A stretch of DNA of 64,000 nt, from assembly GCA_964270895.1 (NCBI GenBank), contig OZ185435.1; one strand, given 5' to 3'. Made by a program: the position numbers and the translations under genes. The stretch comes from Podarcis filfolensis. Lineage: Eukaryota. Under the pieces are notes generated by a model that ran no database searches, was not told where the DNA came from, and was given only the letters and a program-made list of their open reading frames with translations. The stretch's first letter is position 1; each line of letters begins with the position of its first letter. Shown here in pieces: positions 50,194-62,171 of the stretch.

Positions 50194-50265
50194 GAAGAAG
50201 AAGAAGAAGAAGAAGAAGAAGAAGAAGAAGAAGAAGAAGAAGAAGAAGAAGAAGAAGAAGAAGAA
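50194..50265. repeat. (GAA)24 pure microsatellite
   Basis: Direct read, 72 bp. Confidence 0.98.
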
Positions 50266-50641
50266 TTAAGAGTTCTCCCCCACCCTAGCTTCCCAACTAA
50301 AAACTGAAATCACATTGGGCAAAATGCTAGTCATGAGAGATCCTATCCTCTACCCAAGAGATGGCAAACTTAGCTGTTTATACAATAAACATACTTGCAC
50401 AGGCAGCACACACACTCACAATATATTCTCCTAGGTATGCACACTTAGGAACACAAAAACATGGTTAAGCATGGATAATATTACTTATGCATTCACACAC
50501 ACATTAAGTGATAGTCAGCATTCGTCATCATCAGAATGGCTCCATTGATTTCAGTGGATATATTCTGGACATGACCAATGTTGGATGTTGCCCATTATTT
50601 CTTGCATGAGAGTTCCAGGTACAACTCTCAAAGGTACCCTT

Positions 50642-50734
50642 CTGAAGAAGTATGCATGCACACGAAAGCTCATACCAATAACAAACTTAGTTGGTCTCTA
50701 AGGTGCTACTGGAAGGAATTTTTTATTTTGTTTC
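50642..50734 (+). mobile_element. Short Penelope-like fragment (same family as 4548-4791) with 10-bp TSD
   Basis: ctgaagaagtatgcatgcacacgaaagctcatacc...ggtgctactggaagg...; TSD aggtaccctt at 50632-50641 and 50735-50744. Confidence 0.8.
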
Positions 50735-52789
50735 AGGTACCCTTTCAGGTAGACTGACCACAGGCGGGCCAACGCCATTCAGAGGAGTGAACACTATCAA
50801 TGCCAGAAAAGTGTCTGTGGGACCTTGATTTCATAGCTTTAAAAGGTGGCGAGGGGCAAATGAGAGCACTTATCCCTGATAAGTTGTTTGTGCCACAACA
50901 AATACAACATTGTTATGTATTTGTTGTTGGGGGAACACAGGTGTCATTTCTGAAAGTTGTACTTTTACTGATGGGTGTTGTGTTTTCCGAGCCCTTGACA
51001 CACAAGGCATGATCCAAACACAGCGGAAACACTTTGTATGTCCTAGTGATGTCCTTAGCATTTTCACTAAAATCAACATGAAAACCCATTTTTTTTATCT
51101 CTGCAGGTAGAGTATCAATCCTTGTAAGGCTTATTGTAAAATATGGGTCTGGAATTATCACAGGCATGTATTGGATAGTGCACATGCCATCATCACTATA
51201 GACAAATAAGAGAAGTTACATACATACACCTGAAAAAAGAAAGTGGGGGGGGGGTGTTATTGGATCTTTTTAGTCTGTGCCACTGGCACATTTATTTCTC
51301 CAACAGTTAAATGTGTAGAACTAGTAAAATGGCTAGAGGGATAGATGATCATGTGGAATGATCACATGGTGGTGAGGGAACATATGGCTTCCCCATCTCT
51401 AAATGGAGGCCCTGCTTCATTTACCTCTGCTCCACAAATAGGATAGTTCCAATTTTTCCCCCATTCAGATTTTCCAGCAACTTTTCCTCCTGAGAACCCA
51501 TGTGCACTGAAGACCAAGAAGCCTTGTTGTCGATGACCTGACTTTTTGTAAGAATTCCTGCCGGCATCCTTCCCATTCCAGGCCAGAGTGTGTGCAAATG
51601 CTTATGATTCCACAGCCACATGTGAGCCAGAAGGCAGGTGTGCGCTTGTGTCCCAGGCATCACCGAGGGGGGTCTTGCTTTTGTGACAAGGCCCAAATGA
51701 AATCTCTGTGCCTGTATAGCAGCTGCTCACTGGCAGAAGGGAGACCAGTAGCTACCAGACCCAGTAAACACCCTCTTAAAAACCAGACAGGTGGTTTAAA
51801 CCTCCTTCTTTCTTTCTCTTCTCTGATGCATATGTAGCTCTGTGCTTAAGAAACCACAAAACCTAAACACTGTTTAAAAATCAGCTTATTCATAGCTGAG
51901 TTGGGTGGAATCTCAGCTGACTCGATCCAAATCTTCTTTGATCAATCTATAAGGAAAGCAACCACAGGGGAACTGGGAAGTTGCCACCATCCTGATGAAT
52001 GGGAGTGACAAGAGGTGGGTCCATGTCTGCTAAAAGTTTTGAGCTGAAAGCAAGAGCATTTCCAACCAAAGAAACAAGCTCTAGCTTTATTCCTCCAGCA
52101 CATGGCTAGGGCAATCTTCATGTGGTGGTTTAAGTCAGCACAAATGGAAGGGGACAGCAGGAAGACTGTTTTTTGAGCTAGGCTGCGGATTGCGGAATTG
52201 TGAATACTGTTTAAAGAAGGCACTTGTTCTGGTTATCATGGAGATCTATCTTCTCTTATTGGTCAGAAGCCTGTGACCGTAATAATATAGGAAGGGAAAA
52301 CCATGTTCTTTGGCCTTCTGTAGAACTAGCCATGTCACCTGGGCAGGAAGACAGGAGAAGGATTTTCTCTTTCTTGTAGACCACACTCTTGTCGCACTCT
52401 TGCTCTTTATTCAGAACCTTGTTTTGGACTGCATTTATTGATGGTAGCAGCTCCCACAGCTTAATTTCATTCCTCAGCACTAAAGCAGGGCAAAAGATGG
52501 AAGAGGGTGGGCTACTTTATGTTGATTTTCTTCCTTTATTTTCCTACATTTCTATGCTGCCCATGCAACAAAGTTCTCTGGATGGCACACAAACAGTCAC
52601 TTATTTGAAGGACTGTCAGGACGTGGTCCTATCTCTGGTCCAAGGCTGTTTTAGAGACCAGGAGTCCTAAGGAGAGAGTGAGCAGGGGCATCCAAGTTGC
52701 CCATCCGCAGGCAGCACCTGGGTGGCAGACCCAGCAGACACGCCGGCCACTTGGTCAGTCTTCCCCACTATGGTTAGATGCACTGCATT

Positions 52790-52860
52790 TCTATGGGGAA
52801 ACCCAGCCAGATGGGCAGGGTATAAATAATAAAATTATTGTTAAAATTATTATTATTTCA
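52790..52860 (+). mobile_element. L2 3'-terminal stub inside the putative ALX4 3'UTR
   Basis: ggggaaacccagccagatgggcagggtataaataat... Confidence 0.7.
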
Positions 52861-53935
52861 ATTATAGTTTCTAAGTTGCATTATAAATTAGCGCATGCAA
52901 ATGTTACGCAAATCCGTGCCCATTTTTGTCCTCTGTTTTGGTGATAGATTTTTATCTTACTTGGCAATAGGTACACAGTCCCCCTACAAGGATACAGGCC
53001 CCACTACTACAGGAGATGGCACAAATATTGTTGCTTTGAGTTGTGCCAATCTCATAGCCCTTGGTTTGCTGCTTGGATCAACCCAGATTCCTGTGTGGTA
53101 GGGTTGCCAGAGCACAACACGGAGATTGCCTGGGACCTTTATTATCCTTGCCAAATCGAGAGGTGCCTTGGCTTCTCTTATTCCTTTCACGCTATGCTCC
53201 ACCCCTGGCTGCTGTGTGGCAGTCCTGTTCAGTACATACAGCAGATGTCAGGGAAATGGGAGACAAGACAGCGGCTGCTTTTTTTTTACCCAGTGCAGTT
53301 GCCAAGGCAACCTCTGGGTTGCAGCCTGGCATCTACAGGTATTCTGTGAGTTGAATCAGCATACCCTACACTCAGCACACACATGCACGCACACACAAAC
53401 ACCAGTCTGGCACTCGGCAACTAAAGCAACCACATTATTGGGGCATTATAGGTATCATAGAACTGCCCATAGCATGAGAATAAATGGTACTGGAAATGTG
53501 CAGAGCAATCAACTGGGAAGTGTGGCTTGAAGCTTTGGTGTTTTAAAGAGAAAGACAAATCCGGAGTCAGAGAAAACAGAGGAGACAAAGTGTCCTTTTT
53601 CATTGGCAAGTCAGGACAATGACAGCATTCGGAAAACATGCCATGTGAACACACACACACACACACAAAACTCAACTTTGTCTGGTGCAGTAAACACACC
53701 CATTACTTCCTTCCACACACCTGTTTGTTGGGGACAACAACAACAAAATCCCCTGCATGTTTAAAACACTCCAAATATGGCAACGCACGTAATGCTATTA
53801 TACCTAGGATAGCTAAAAGTGCTGCAATCAGATCTCTGAGTAGGGCACTGGCTGCCTCGGGTCCAAGAGTGGATGGATTGGTTCGATCGTCCCTGTTTGC
53901 TCGGTCAGTGTCTGGAGGGCAGCGACTGCACCTTG

Positions 53936-54259
53936 TCATGTCGCCCACGATATGGCAGCGCTGTGCTCCTTGGCTTTCATCCGCAGGGCCGCGATGCTGG
54001 AGGACTTGCGGTCGGGCTCGCCGTTCAGCTCGTAGCCGTTGATGCTGGGGCTGATGGCTGCGCCGCCGAAGAGGCTCCCCATGTGAGTCTGTCCCACGTG
54101 GCTGCCGGGACCAGAGACGCTCAGGAATTCGGAGACCCCTCCGGTTGTGTGGGGATGGGTGTGGGGAGACATGCAGGAAGGCACTGAGTCACAAGGCACG
54201 ACGCAGGCAGGGACGGGGGAGGCAGCACCGTTGTTGCCAATCCAGGATGGATTCTGGAT
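53936..54259 (-). CDS. ALX4: ALX homeobox 4 terminal coding exon with OAR (aristaless) domain, 324 bp including TGA
   Basis: catctcag|ATC CAG AAT...ACA TGA; [107 protein letters not shown]; CpG-rich; tail-to-tail with EXT2 as in other vertebrates. Confidence 0.97.
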   Translation of the reverse strand: MQNPSWIGNNGAASPVPACVVPCDSVPSCMSPHTHPHTTGGVSEFLSVSGPGSHVGQTHMGSLFGGAAISPSINGYELNGEPDRKSSSIAALRMKAKEHSAAISWAT

Positions 54260-55987
54260 CTGAGATGGTGGAGAAGGAAGGAAAAGATCAATTAAGGAGC
54301 ACTGGCTTATCCCTTGGTTCTCAAAGTGGAAATGATGTGTGGACAGGGATTGGTTTTCCGAGTATTAAGGTGTTCTGTATTGAATCAAGCCAATTCCTTC
54401 TCAAAGTAGTGTAGGCATCTGGGAAGAGCACATGTCTCTCATTACATTGATTGATGTTGCTGGTGGCCATTGGTGCTCTTGTTTTCTTCTTCTTGAGGTT
54501 TTCACATCCTTGAGATTATTTATTATTATTATTTTCAGATCATAAATTGGCCACCTCGTGCCAATTTTCACATGTCATATGCTCTATCCACTGTGCTATT
54601 CTGCTTTTGGAAAAAGCCAAGGGATAGAAAACCCTGTGCTTGAAGGCACTCTTGATTAGTTCATACTGAAATTCTGTCATTCAGTCATGAAAGGCACAGA
54701 GCCTTGATAAAAAAAGAGGGGTGGGAACCCTTAGAAAACTCAGCCTTCTGATGAATTGTCTGTCTAGCCCAGGACTTACCTGTCCTCACCGACAGCAGCT
54801 CTGCCAGTTTGGGCAGGTGATCCTGGGCTAGGCAGACAGTTGGCCAGTTCTTAAAGCGAGGCATTTCTGGGAATTGTTTCCGGGGCATTCTGCAATTAAA
54901 TATACTCTGTCTCTGAGCTCCCCCCTTTTGCTTAGTGTGAGAGAGAAAAATTGCAATCACAACAACAAGCACATTATCTAGGATTATCTAGGATGCTGAA
55001 ACCAAAAACGATCCTACCAAAGCAGAGAGCGAAGAATGACTTTTACCAGCAGGAGGCCCCTGGGAGGTGGGGAGGGGAGGTGTGTTGGGGGGAGAATGTG
55101 AGATGAAAGAATGCAACAGGAGAGGATCCAGATGGAAAGTAGGAAAATGCCTGTCTCTGAAAGGCCTGCATTCCACAGCCTTCCAGCGCCATTCAGCTCT
55201 GGCTCCAAGCCTGACCTTTTACCTCTGGCAGACTACATCTCTGTGGCAGGTATAGCGGGGGAGACGAGGCCGTAACGTTCGGAGGTGATGAAAGCAGGGG
55301 ACGCAAGATAGCCAGAGTAAAAATGCTATCGTTTAAATTTATGGTTCTGCCACATTTTGAATATCATGAATATCATGTCTGGTTGACCCCCATCTTGAAG
55401 AAGGAGCATCATGGAGTTGGGGAAAGTACAGAACGGGGCAACTGAAAGCCTGGAGACCCTTCCCCACCAGGAACGGCTGAAGAGCTAAGGCATCTTTCAT
55501 GGTGAGCAAGGGCAAGATGAGCAACCTTGTCTGTGTTTCCAACACATGGGAGGGGGGGAGAATTTCCCTTGGACCCCAGGATGTAAAGCGGAAAAGTTTA
55601 ACTCGTTCTTCTTCTGCCACTTTCCTTCCTGGGCATATGCCTGTTTAGTTTGCTCTGAAGGAACTCAATGGGGCTTACTCCCCCAAAAATGTGCACAGGA
55701 TTACAGATGGATGGCAGATTTTACAAGCCACTTCCAAATTTCTCCAGGTTATACAGGCAACAAAGTACATGCTACGCATTTATTTCCTATCTTTGAAATG
55801 TGAGGCTAAGTTTCACAACTGTTACAGAGGCAAAGGTTTTTAACACCGTATCAGTTCCTTGAACCTTGAATCACTTGTCTCATCCTACCATATCCCAACT
55901 GACTGAAGGCAAGGCCTTAGGGTGGCATTCAACACTGACTCTGGGCAAACCTGATGAAATTAATGGACCTGACTGAGTCATGTTCAT

Positions 55988-55998
55988 TAATTTCATTA
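55988..55998. promoter_or_regulatory. P3 palindrome TAAT-TTC-ATTA (paired-class homeodomain dimer site) next to an AP-1 site (TGAGTCA, 55974-55980)
   Basis: Motifs read directly, in ALX4 intron 3; function inferred. Confidence 0.35.
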
Positions 55999-56035
55999 AT
56001 GAGTAAAGCTTAGTTGAATGCCACCCTTAATGTTA

Positions 56036-56347
<312 letters not shown>

Positions 56348-56611
56348 TCATTGTATACCCATCCCATATTTTAGACCTTCCTAAAATGGCAACACTGATA
56401 TCAGTGCTGTTACCTTCTGTGTAGTAGCTGAAAGTTGCTGGCCAAAGAAGCAGGCTGAGAGTCTTTTAATATGGAACCTAAATCCCACATTTGGGTGCTT
56501 ATGTCAGCAGAATCACACATATGTGCTTTCATTTGAGCTATATTTGTATTGTACGTTGCTCACAAATAACTGCTCATGCACCTTTGGTTAATTTGAACAC
56601 CAACATAATTA

Positions 56612-56852
56612 CAGTGGTACCTTGGTTTATGAACTTAATCTGTTCTGGAAGTCCGTTCTTAAACCAAAACTGTTCTTAAACCGAGGTGCACTTTCCCTAA
56701 TGAGGCCTCCCACCGCCAGTGTCCTTCCACTGTTCAGATTCCGCTCGTCTTCTGGAGCAAAGTTCGCTAACCGGAACACCTACTTCCGGTTTTGCGGAGT
56801 TTGTTCACCGAATAGTTTGTTAACAGGCTGTTCGTAGACCGAGGTACCACTG
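56612..56852. mobile_element. 241-bp Tc1/mariner-type MITE, same family, opposite orientation to 9866-10105
   Basis: TA|CAGTGGTACCTTGG...CCGAGGTACCACTG|TA; colinear with the reverse complement of the 9866 copy. Confidence 0.9.
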
Positions 56853-57034
56853 TATATTGAACAAAACTAGCTGTTCCTCTCTCTTCTGGTCCATTTTTCT
56901 GGTATGAGAGCTTCATTGTCTTAAAGCGACAGGTAATCATCCTACATTGTATCTCTATATCAGGACACAGTAACATTTGAGTTGTCAGAGAGGTTCCTTA
57001 CCATATCCTTCCTATTTATTCTGAACATTTCTAA

Positions 57035-57148
57035 GAGCAGGTGTAGCAGAATGCTGAGCTACAAACTGGGAACGACCCCGGTTCAAATCTGATCTCTGTC
57101 ACCAATTCACTAAAGGCAAGCCATGTTCTCTCAGCCTCAGTCTGCCCA
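57035..57148 (+). mobile_element. tRNA-derived SINE fragment (MIR/Squam-like)
   Basis: ggtgtagcag...ccggttcaaatct...ggcaagccatgttctctcagcctcag. Confidence 0.55.
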
Positions 57149-57770
57149 TAGGCTTGGACCATGCAAGGCCCAAACAAACCTGGCCAGTGTCACTTGCAAG
57201 GCTGACCCAAAGCATTGTGCTGCCTTAGATGGATTCCGAGTCCCTCTAACTTTTCTGACCGTACAAACAGAAGATGCTGTGCTATCTGTTTGTTTCTCCA
57301 TCAGTTTTTTCACCTGCTTTCTTAATCTGCCTACTGTGAGGAAAAACAGCTCTGAACATCCACCAACACATACCCTTTTGGGCCCCACTGATATGAGAGC
57401 TCCAAAGTCTGCCAGGTCAGGTTGTTGGAGGTTTCCATTATGGCAGGGAGGGGGGAGTCCAGTACAGAATATCTTTATCCAGTGCAGGAGCTCCATCACT
57501 GACATGGGAAAGGAAGAACCAATATATCCCAATGTGCCTGGGACACTCTTCCAGAACTATAGGGTTATTCACTTAATCACTTACCTAGAAGCAAGTCCCA
57601 TTGAACTCATGCCTAAGCCTGACTTCCAAATACACATCTATAGGATTGTCCTTTTAAGCTCTTTATTCTTATATCACAAACAGAGGGACATATATTAAAT
57701 GTGCAATGATTTGGTGAAAGGCATGATTATAAATTTAATGACGATGACGACAACAACAACAACAACAACA

Positions 57771-58011
57771 CAGTGGTACCTTGGTTTACGAACTTAATCT
57801 GTTCTGGAAGTCCGTTCTTAAACCAAAACTGTTCTTAAACTGAGGCGCGCTTTCCCTAATGAGGCCTCCTGCCACCGGTGCCCTTCCACCATTCGGATTC
57901 TGTTCTTAGACCAAGGTAAAGTTCTCAAACCAAGAGACTATTTCCAGTTTTGCGAAGTTTGTAAACCAAATCGTTCTTAAACCGGACTGTTCTTAAACCG
58001 AGGTACCACTG
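57771..58011. mobile_element. 241-bp Tc1/mariner-type MITE, third full copy; left TA replaced by CA at the end of a (CAA)n run
   Basis: CAGTGGTACCTTGG...CCGAGGTACCACTG|TA; same orientation as the 56612 copy. Confidence 0.9.
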
Positions 58012-58619
58012 TACTCTAAAAATATTTAGCCCATAGCAGCTGTAACCTGGCACTGATACAGTCTAGAAAAGGCCTGCTATTAACACAACATGTAACTTGG
58101 TTGCTTGTGGAGGTGCCAAACAAGGCTAATTTATTTAAAATTATTGAATTTTATATTTGCAGTGAGATGCATGGCTAACACAAGGAAATGCATAGATTAA
58201 TCTGATTCACTATGGGTCCAATGCTTCACTGTCTTCTTCTTTCCTCCAATGGGAGTTTTGAAGCTTTGTTCATACTTTTGAAGCTCAAACAAAATCTTAA
58301 TATTAATCTTGTAATACAGCACCAAACAGCAGGGTTCTACAACATATGCAAGACAAAATGAAAACAACTAGAATTGAGGAGAGGTGGGGGGAAGGGAGAG
58401 AGATGGGAACTGTTTTACAAGGTAAAGTTTAAAAAAAGATGTACCCAAAGTATAAATGGTGCGTTTAACTAAGCAAGATTTGGTCACAACTCACAGCGGA
58501 ACAACTATGAGTCCAGGGATATCAAAGTGATATGGGCATGATGTGAGACAAGCAACTAAGGCTGTGTAAACCTTCCTGTTGACTCAGCATCCTGTGTGCT
58601 CCCATTGCTGGTTTGGGCA

Positions 58620-58760
58620 GAGGCAGTTTTAGGGTAGTACAACTAGCGCCACAACAAAGTTGCAGAATGGAGAGCGAGAGGTGAGAAGGCACCAAATTTT
58701 AGCATCGCACAGGGCACCACTGAAATTTGAGAGCCCAAAGGCCACCACTGGTTTGAGAAG
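58620..58760. mobile_element. Probable hAT-type MITE
   Basis: aggcagttttagggtag...ggcaccaaatt...cgcacagggcacc; recognised by eye only. Confidence 0.35.
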
Positions 58761-61700
58761 CAGTGCACATATGATATTGGCCATAATCCGGATATATTCC
58801 GTATCTATCCTGTCATTCCTTAGGAAACACTGCATTTTGATGTGCTTTCTGCTCAAACCAGTTTCAATCCAAATTGAGAAAAACAGTGACCTATCTGCAT
58901 TTTAAGTCAGTAATATTCACATAATCCCAGTCACTAAAAAGTGAGTAAAAGGTATCTGATCTGTGGATGAACTCCAGAAACCTAGTTATCTATTCAGTCC
59001 TCAATTATTATTTTTTCTTGGAAGATCCTAAAGTTCAATATTCTATTCTAAGAAGACAGTGATGCTGCCATAATAGTAAATCAGCAGTACACTGTCACAA
59101 AAAAGACAAAACTACCAATAATTAAAGCAGAATCACAATCAGTTGCCATCGTTTTTGCCTGTTTATGCAAACTGACTATGCCACGTGGTAAATTTTTAAA
59201 CTTTGCTATGTTTTTAATGGCTCATGTATCCACCATGTAATATGCAGTTCTGCTCTTTTGCAAGGGATGATGCAGTTATTAACCAAATCTTTAAAATAAA
59301 TTTCTTCCTTTCTTAAAATACAATAATCAGGAACTAGAATATTGTGCTTTCCAAAGGAACATTTCTACAAACTGGTTTACATTAACTGTATTTGGCTGAC
59401 CTGTGTCCCTCATCTATTCCCTTCCATAAAACTGCAAGGAGGATTGAACAGCATAGCAAAGAGGTAAAATTATCTAAAGGGGACTCACAACTGAATTGAC
59501 TGCACCTACAGCTGCTTGCTGGGGTGTCATCTGCTTGCATTTATACAAATGCATTCATGTTTTGCACAGGTTAAATGTGTTTAATTGAATTTTTATTGTC
59601 ATTTTGTGTGTATGTGTAGTCACCCACTAAGCCTCTCAAGAAGGAGGAGAGCAAAAGTGGATGGCAATATTCTTCCCTCTCTGTCTACGTCTCTTCTGTT
59701 CTCACCCCTCTCCTTAAAGTCTGACTTCCCTTGTAAACTGCAGGAGTCAGTCTTGCCAGCATCTCACTTTGATCTCCAATAGGAGATTTCTCTCTGTCTG
59801 CTTAGGCCTGGCAAGGAGATTCTCAGTGACCTGGAGGTTTCCTCCCCATGTGGCTCCAGGATGGTTTGTATCTCATCCAAGCAGCAGCAGCAGCAGAAGC
59901 AAAGCAATCACTCATTTATGTGAAATGACTGAAACCGTGTCTGCATGGGCGTCTGCCAGCTGCAGCCTTTGGAGTTATTTTTGCTGACCTGCAATCTGCA
60001 AAAAAAAAAAAAAAATGACAATCCCCAGCGGTGCAGTTAGGTAATTTTAGACTCTGGCCTTAACGGTCTTACAGGGTGAACCCTTTTTTAGATGGTTATG
60101 TGTATTGCTTCGCTGACTTCAAGATGTAGGAAGGCAGCCCTGTTGCTTTTGAGGGGGCTTGCAGCACATTCCCTGGGGTTCTGACCCAAAGTCCTGATTA
60201 CTGGTACCACTGAGGCAATCCCTACAGGGAACCGCAGAGAGGCTGCAGAACCATAGTGTGTGCATGTTAGGAGAGGGGACTAGAGACAGACAGGGCGACA
60301 TCATTGTTGACATACCACTTGCACTCAGGTAGTGAGAATACAGCATTGCAACCGGGTATATTCATCACCCTCACAGTCTTGTTTTGCCTTCCCCACATGC
60401 TGATATGACCCCTCCCATAAGCAGCCCAGCTGGCAGCCAGTCACAGGCTTGGTCAGCCGACGTATCTTTGATCTGCAGATGCCGAGTCCACAGGGTGACC
60501 CTGCTGTGCGAAGAGGAGTGGGTAGCAGGTAGAGAGGGTGCCATAAGCTGCTAGCAGAACATATGTTCTGCACATGTGTCCATCCCCAGACACGGCAAAC
60601 ACATTTCTTTCTGTCATGGTGAAGCATTTGCTATGCTGCTTGTGAATATGGATGATGTGCACCGGGCAACTGTTCTAGAACGTCTAGGAGTGCCCCGGGG
60701 CAAGGAGAAACCTTGACAGATGATTTCTAAGGGGAGGGTTGTGCTGGCAATGTGTGTCGGAGCCCAGAAATCAAAGCCGTTTTCATACGGGCAGGTTAAA
60801 GCCTTCAGAGGAATGAAGCTGACCCTATGCTGTTGAATTAGTTGAGTTGAGAGGGAACCAAGATACTGTTTTACATTTCTGAAGGGGCAGGCATTTCAGG
60901 AGCCGGCATTTTGACTAACAAACTCCTGAGAAAGTAGAAGAGGGGTGCATTCAGGGCCCTGCTCAGCAAAATGAACAGGAGGGACCCTAAGCGGGGCTGT
61001 GGGCTCAACGCATTTTTAAGTCGGTGAATTGTGGCACTTCAAGAGGGCTCCCCTTGAAAGACCAGAGTCTCAAATACCTGAGCCATCCAATTCTGCCTCC
61101 CTGCCAGGAACAACCTCCCTCCAGCTTGTTGCTACTGCTGGGACCAGCTGATCTTCAAGGATTTGAAAGTATATGCCCCACACTTGTCTTAAAGTGTGCA
61201 AATACTTTTATGTAAAATGGCTGTGTCTGCAGGGAGGAGGAGAAGCAGCCAGCACATTAGGGCCAAATTATTCAGGTTTATGAACTACAGTAGAATTTGA
61301 TAATTTGTTTGTTTTTTGCTGCAATTTGGAAATAGGGGCTTGTTTGTTTGTAACTTGGTTTTTGTTTCTTTTAAGTCTACACATCTCAGAAAATGTGCAA
61401 TAAAGGAACCCAGTCTTCCCAGTAGCCTCTAACTCCTTGGTCTGGTGAATCCAGTATGCCCCTTTGTGGCAGGGGCTGTGCTATGTCAAGTGGAAGCAAA
61501 CTGGGTGTGATCCTCAGAGGACTCAAGGTCGTGACATGTGGCCGATGGCATCATTAAGCGTTTGCCAAGGCCCTGAGGCCATCAGATTAGAGGCCTGACC
61601 TATGATTAAATTTATTTTAGCCGGTCACTTACAGATCAGACTGGGTAGAGCGCACCCATCCTTTGTGCTAAAGTCAGCAAAGGCTGGTTTATGGTGGCAA

Positions 61701-62119
61701 ATGGAGTGCTGCTCTACCAGCCTCAATCTGCCCTCAGTCAACCCCAAGCTGCCTGCCTTCTTAAAGACAACCCATCAGGGGTTGACCCAGCCTGTCAACT
61801 GGCCCCATCTACCGGTTGGTCTCCCTGCCATCCACCCTTCCAGCCACAATGGCCACCAGCCACCATTAACAATGGCAGCTGGCTTGCCACCAGTGGGACT
61901 AGGGGTGAATTTCAGGACCAGCAGAAGAGCATCACTTGTGACCTTTTGGTCTTCGACCTGTACATTGGTTTCCTGATGCTCCAAGAATGAAACTCTATGC
62001 TCCTCATCCTCAAATCCCTTCTCATCCTTTATTGCTTCATCCTTTATTGCTAGGGCATGCCATTTTATCATGCACCAAACTGGGTTATTGTTAAATAGCA
62101 GGGGATAAAAGAACAAGAA

Positions 62120-62121
<2 letters not shown>

Positions 62122-62171
<50 letters not shown>
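62122..62171. repeat. (TAA)n microsatellite
   Basis: Direct read. Confidence 0.97.

Noticed and set aside
52895-52911. Octamer plus C/EBP composite (ATGCAAAT-g-TTACGCAA)
   Set aside because: Nearly the same string occurs at about 62397-62415, pointing to a repeat-family remnant
54251-54262. Alternative in-frame acceptor 6 nt into ALX4 exon 4 (cag|ATCCAG|)
   Set aside because: The second CAG is simply the Gln codon; nothing in the sequence indicates it is used
53638-54414. Overlapping ORFs (134, 81, 104 and 89 aa) around ALX4 exon 4
   Set aside because: Antisense or alternative-frame shadows of a GC-rich exon with few stops
55062-55092. G-quadruplex candidate
   Set aside because: One loop is 9 nt and such G-runs are common in this sequence
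57123-57698. 191-aa and antisense 131-aa ORFs in ALX4 intron 2
   Set aside because: Start inside a SINE remnant, no recognisable motifs or splice context; length is compatible with chance
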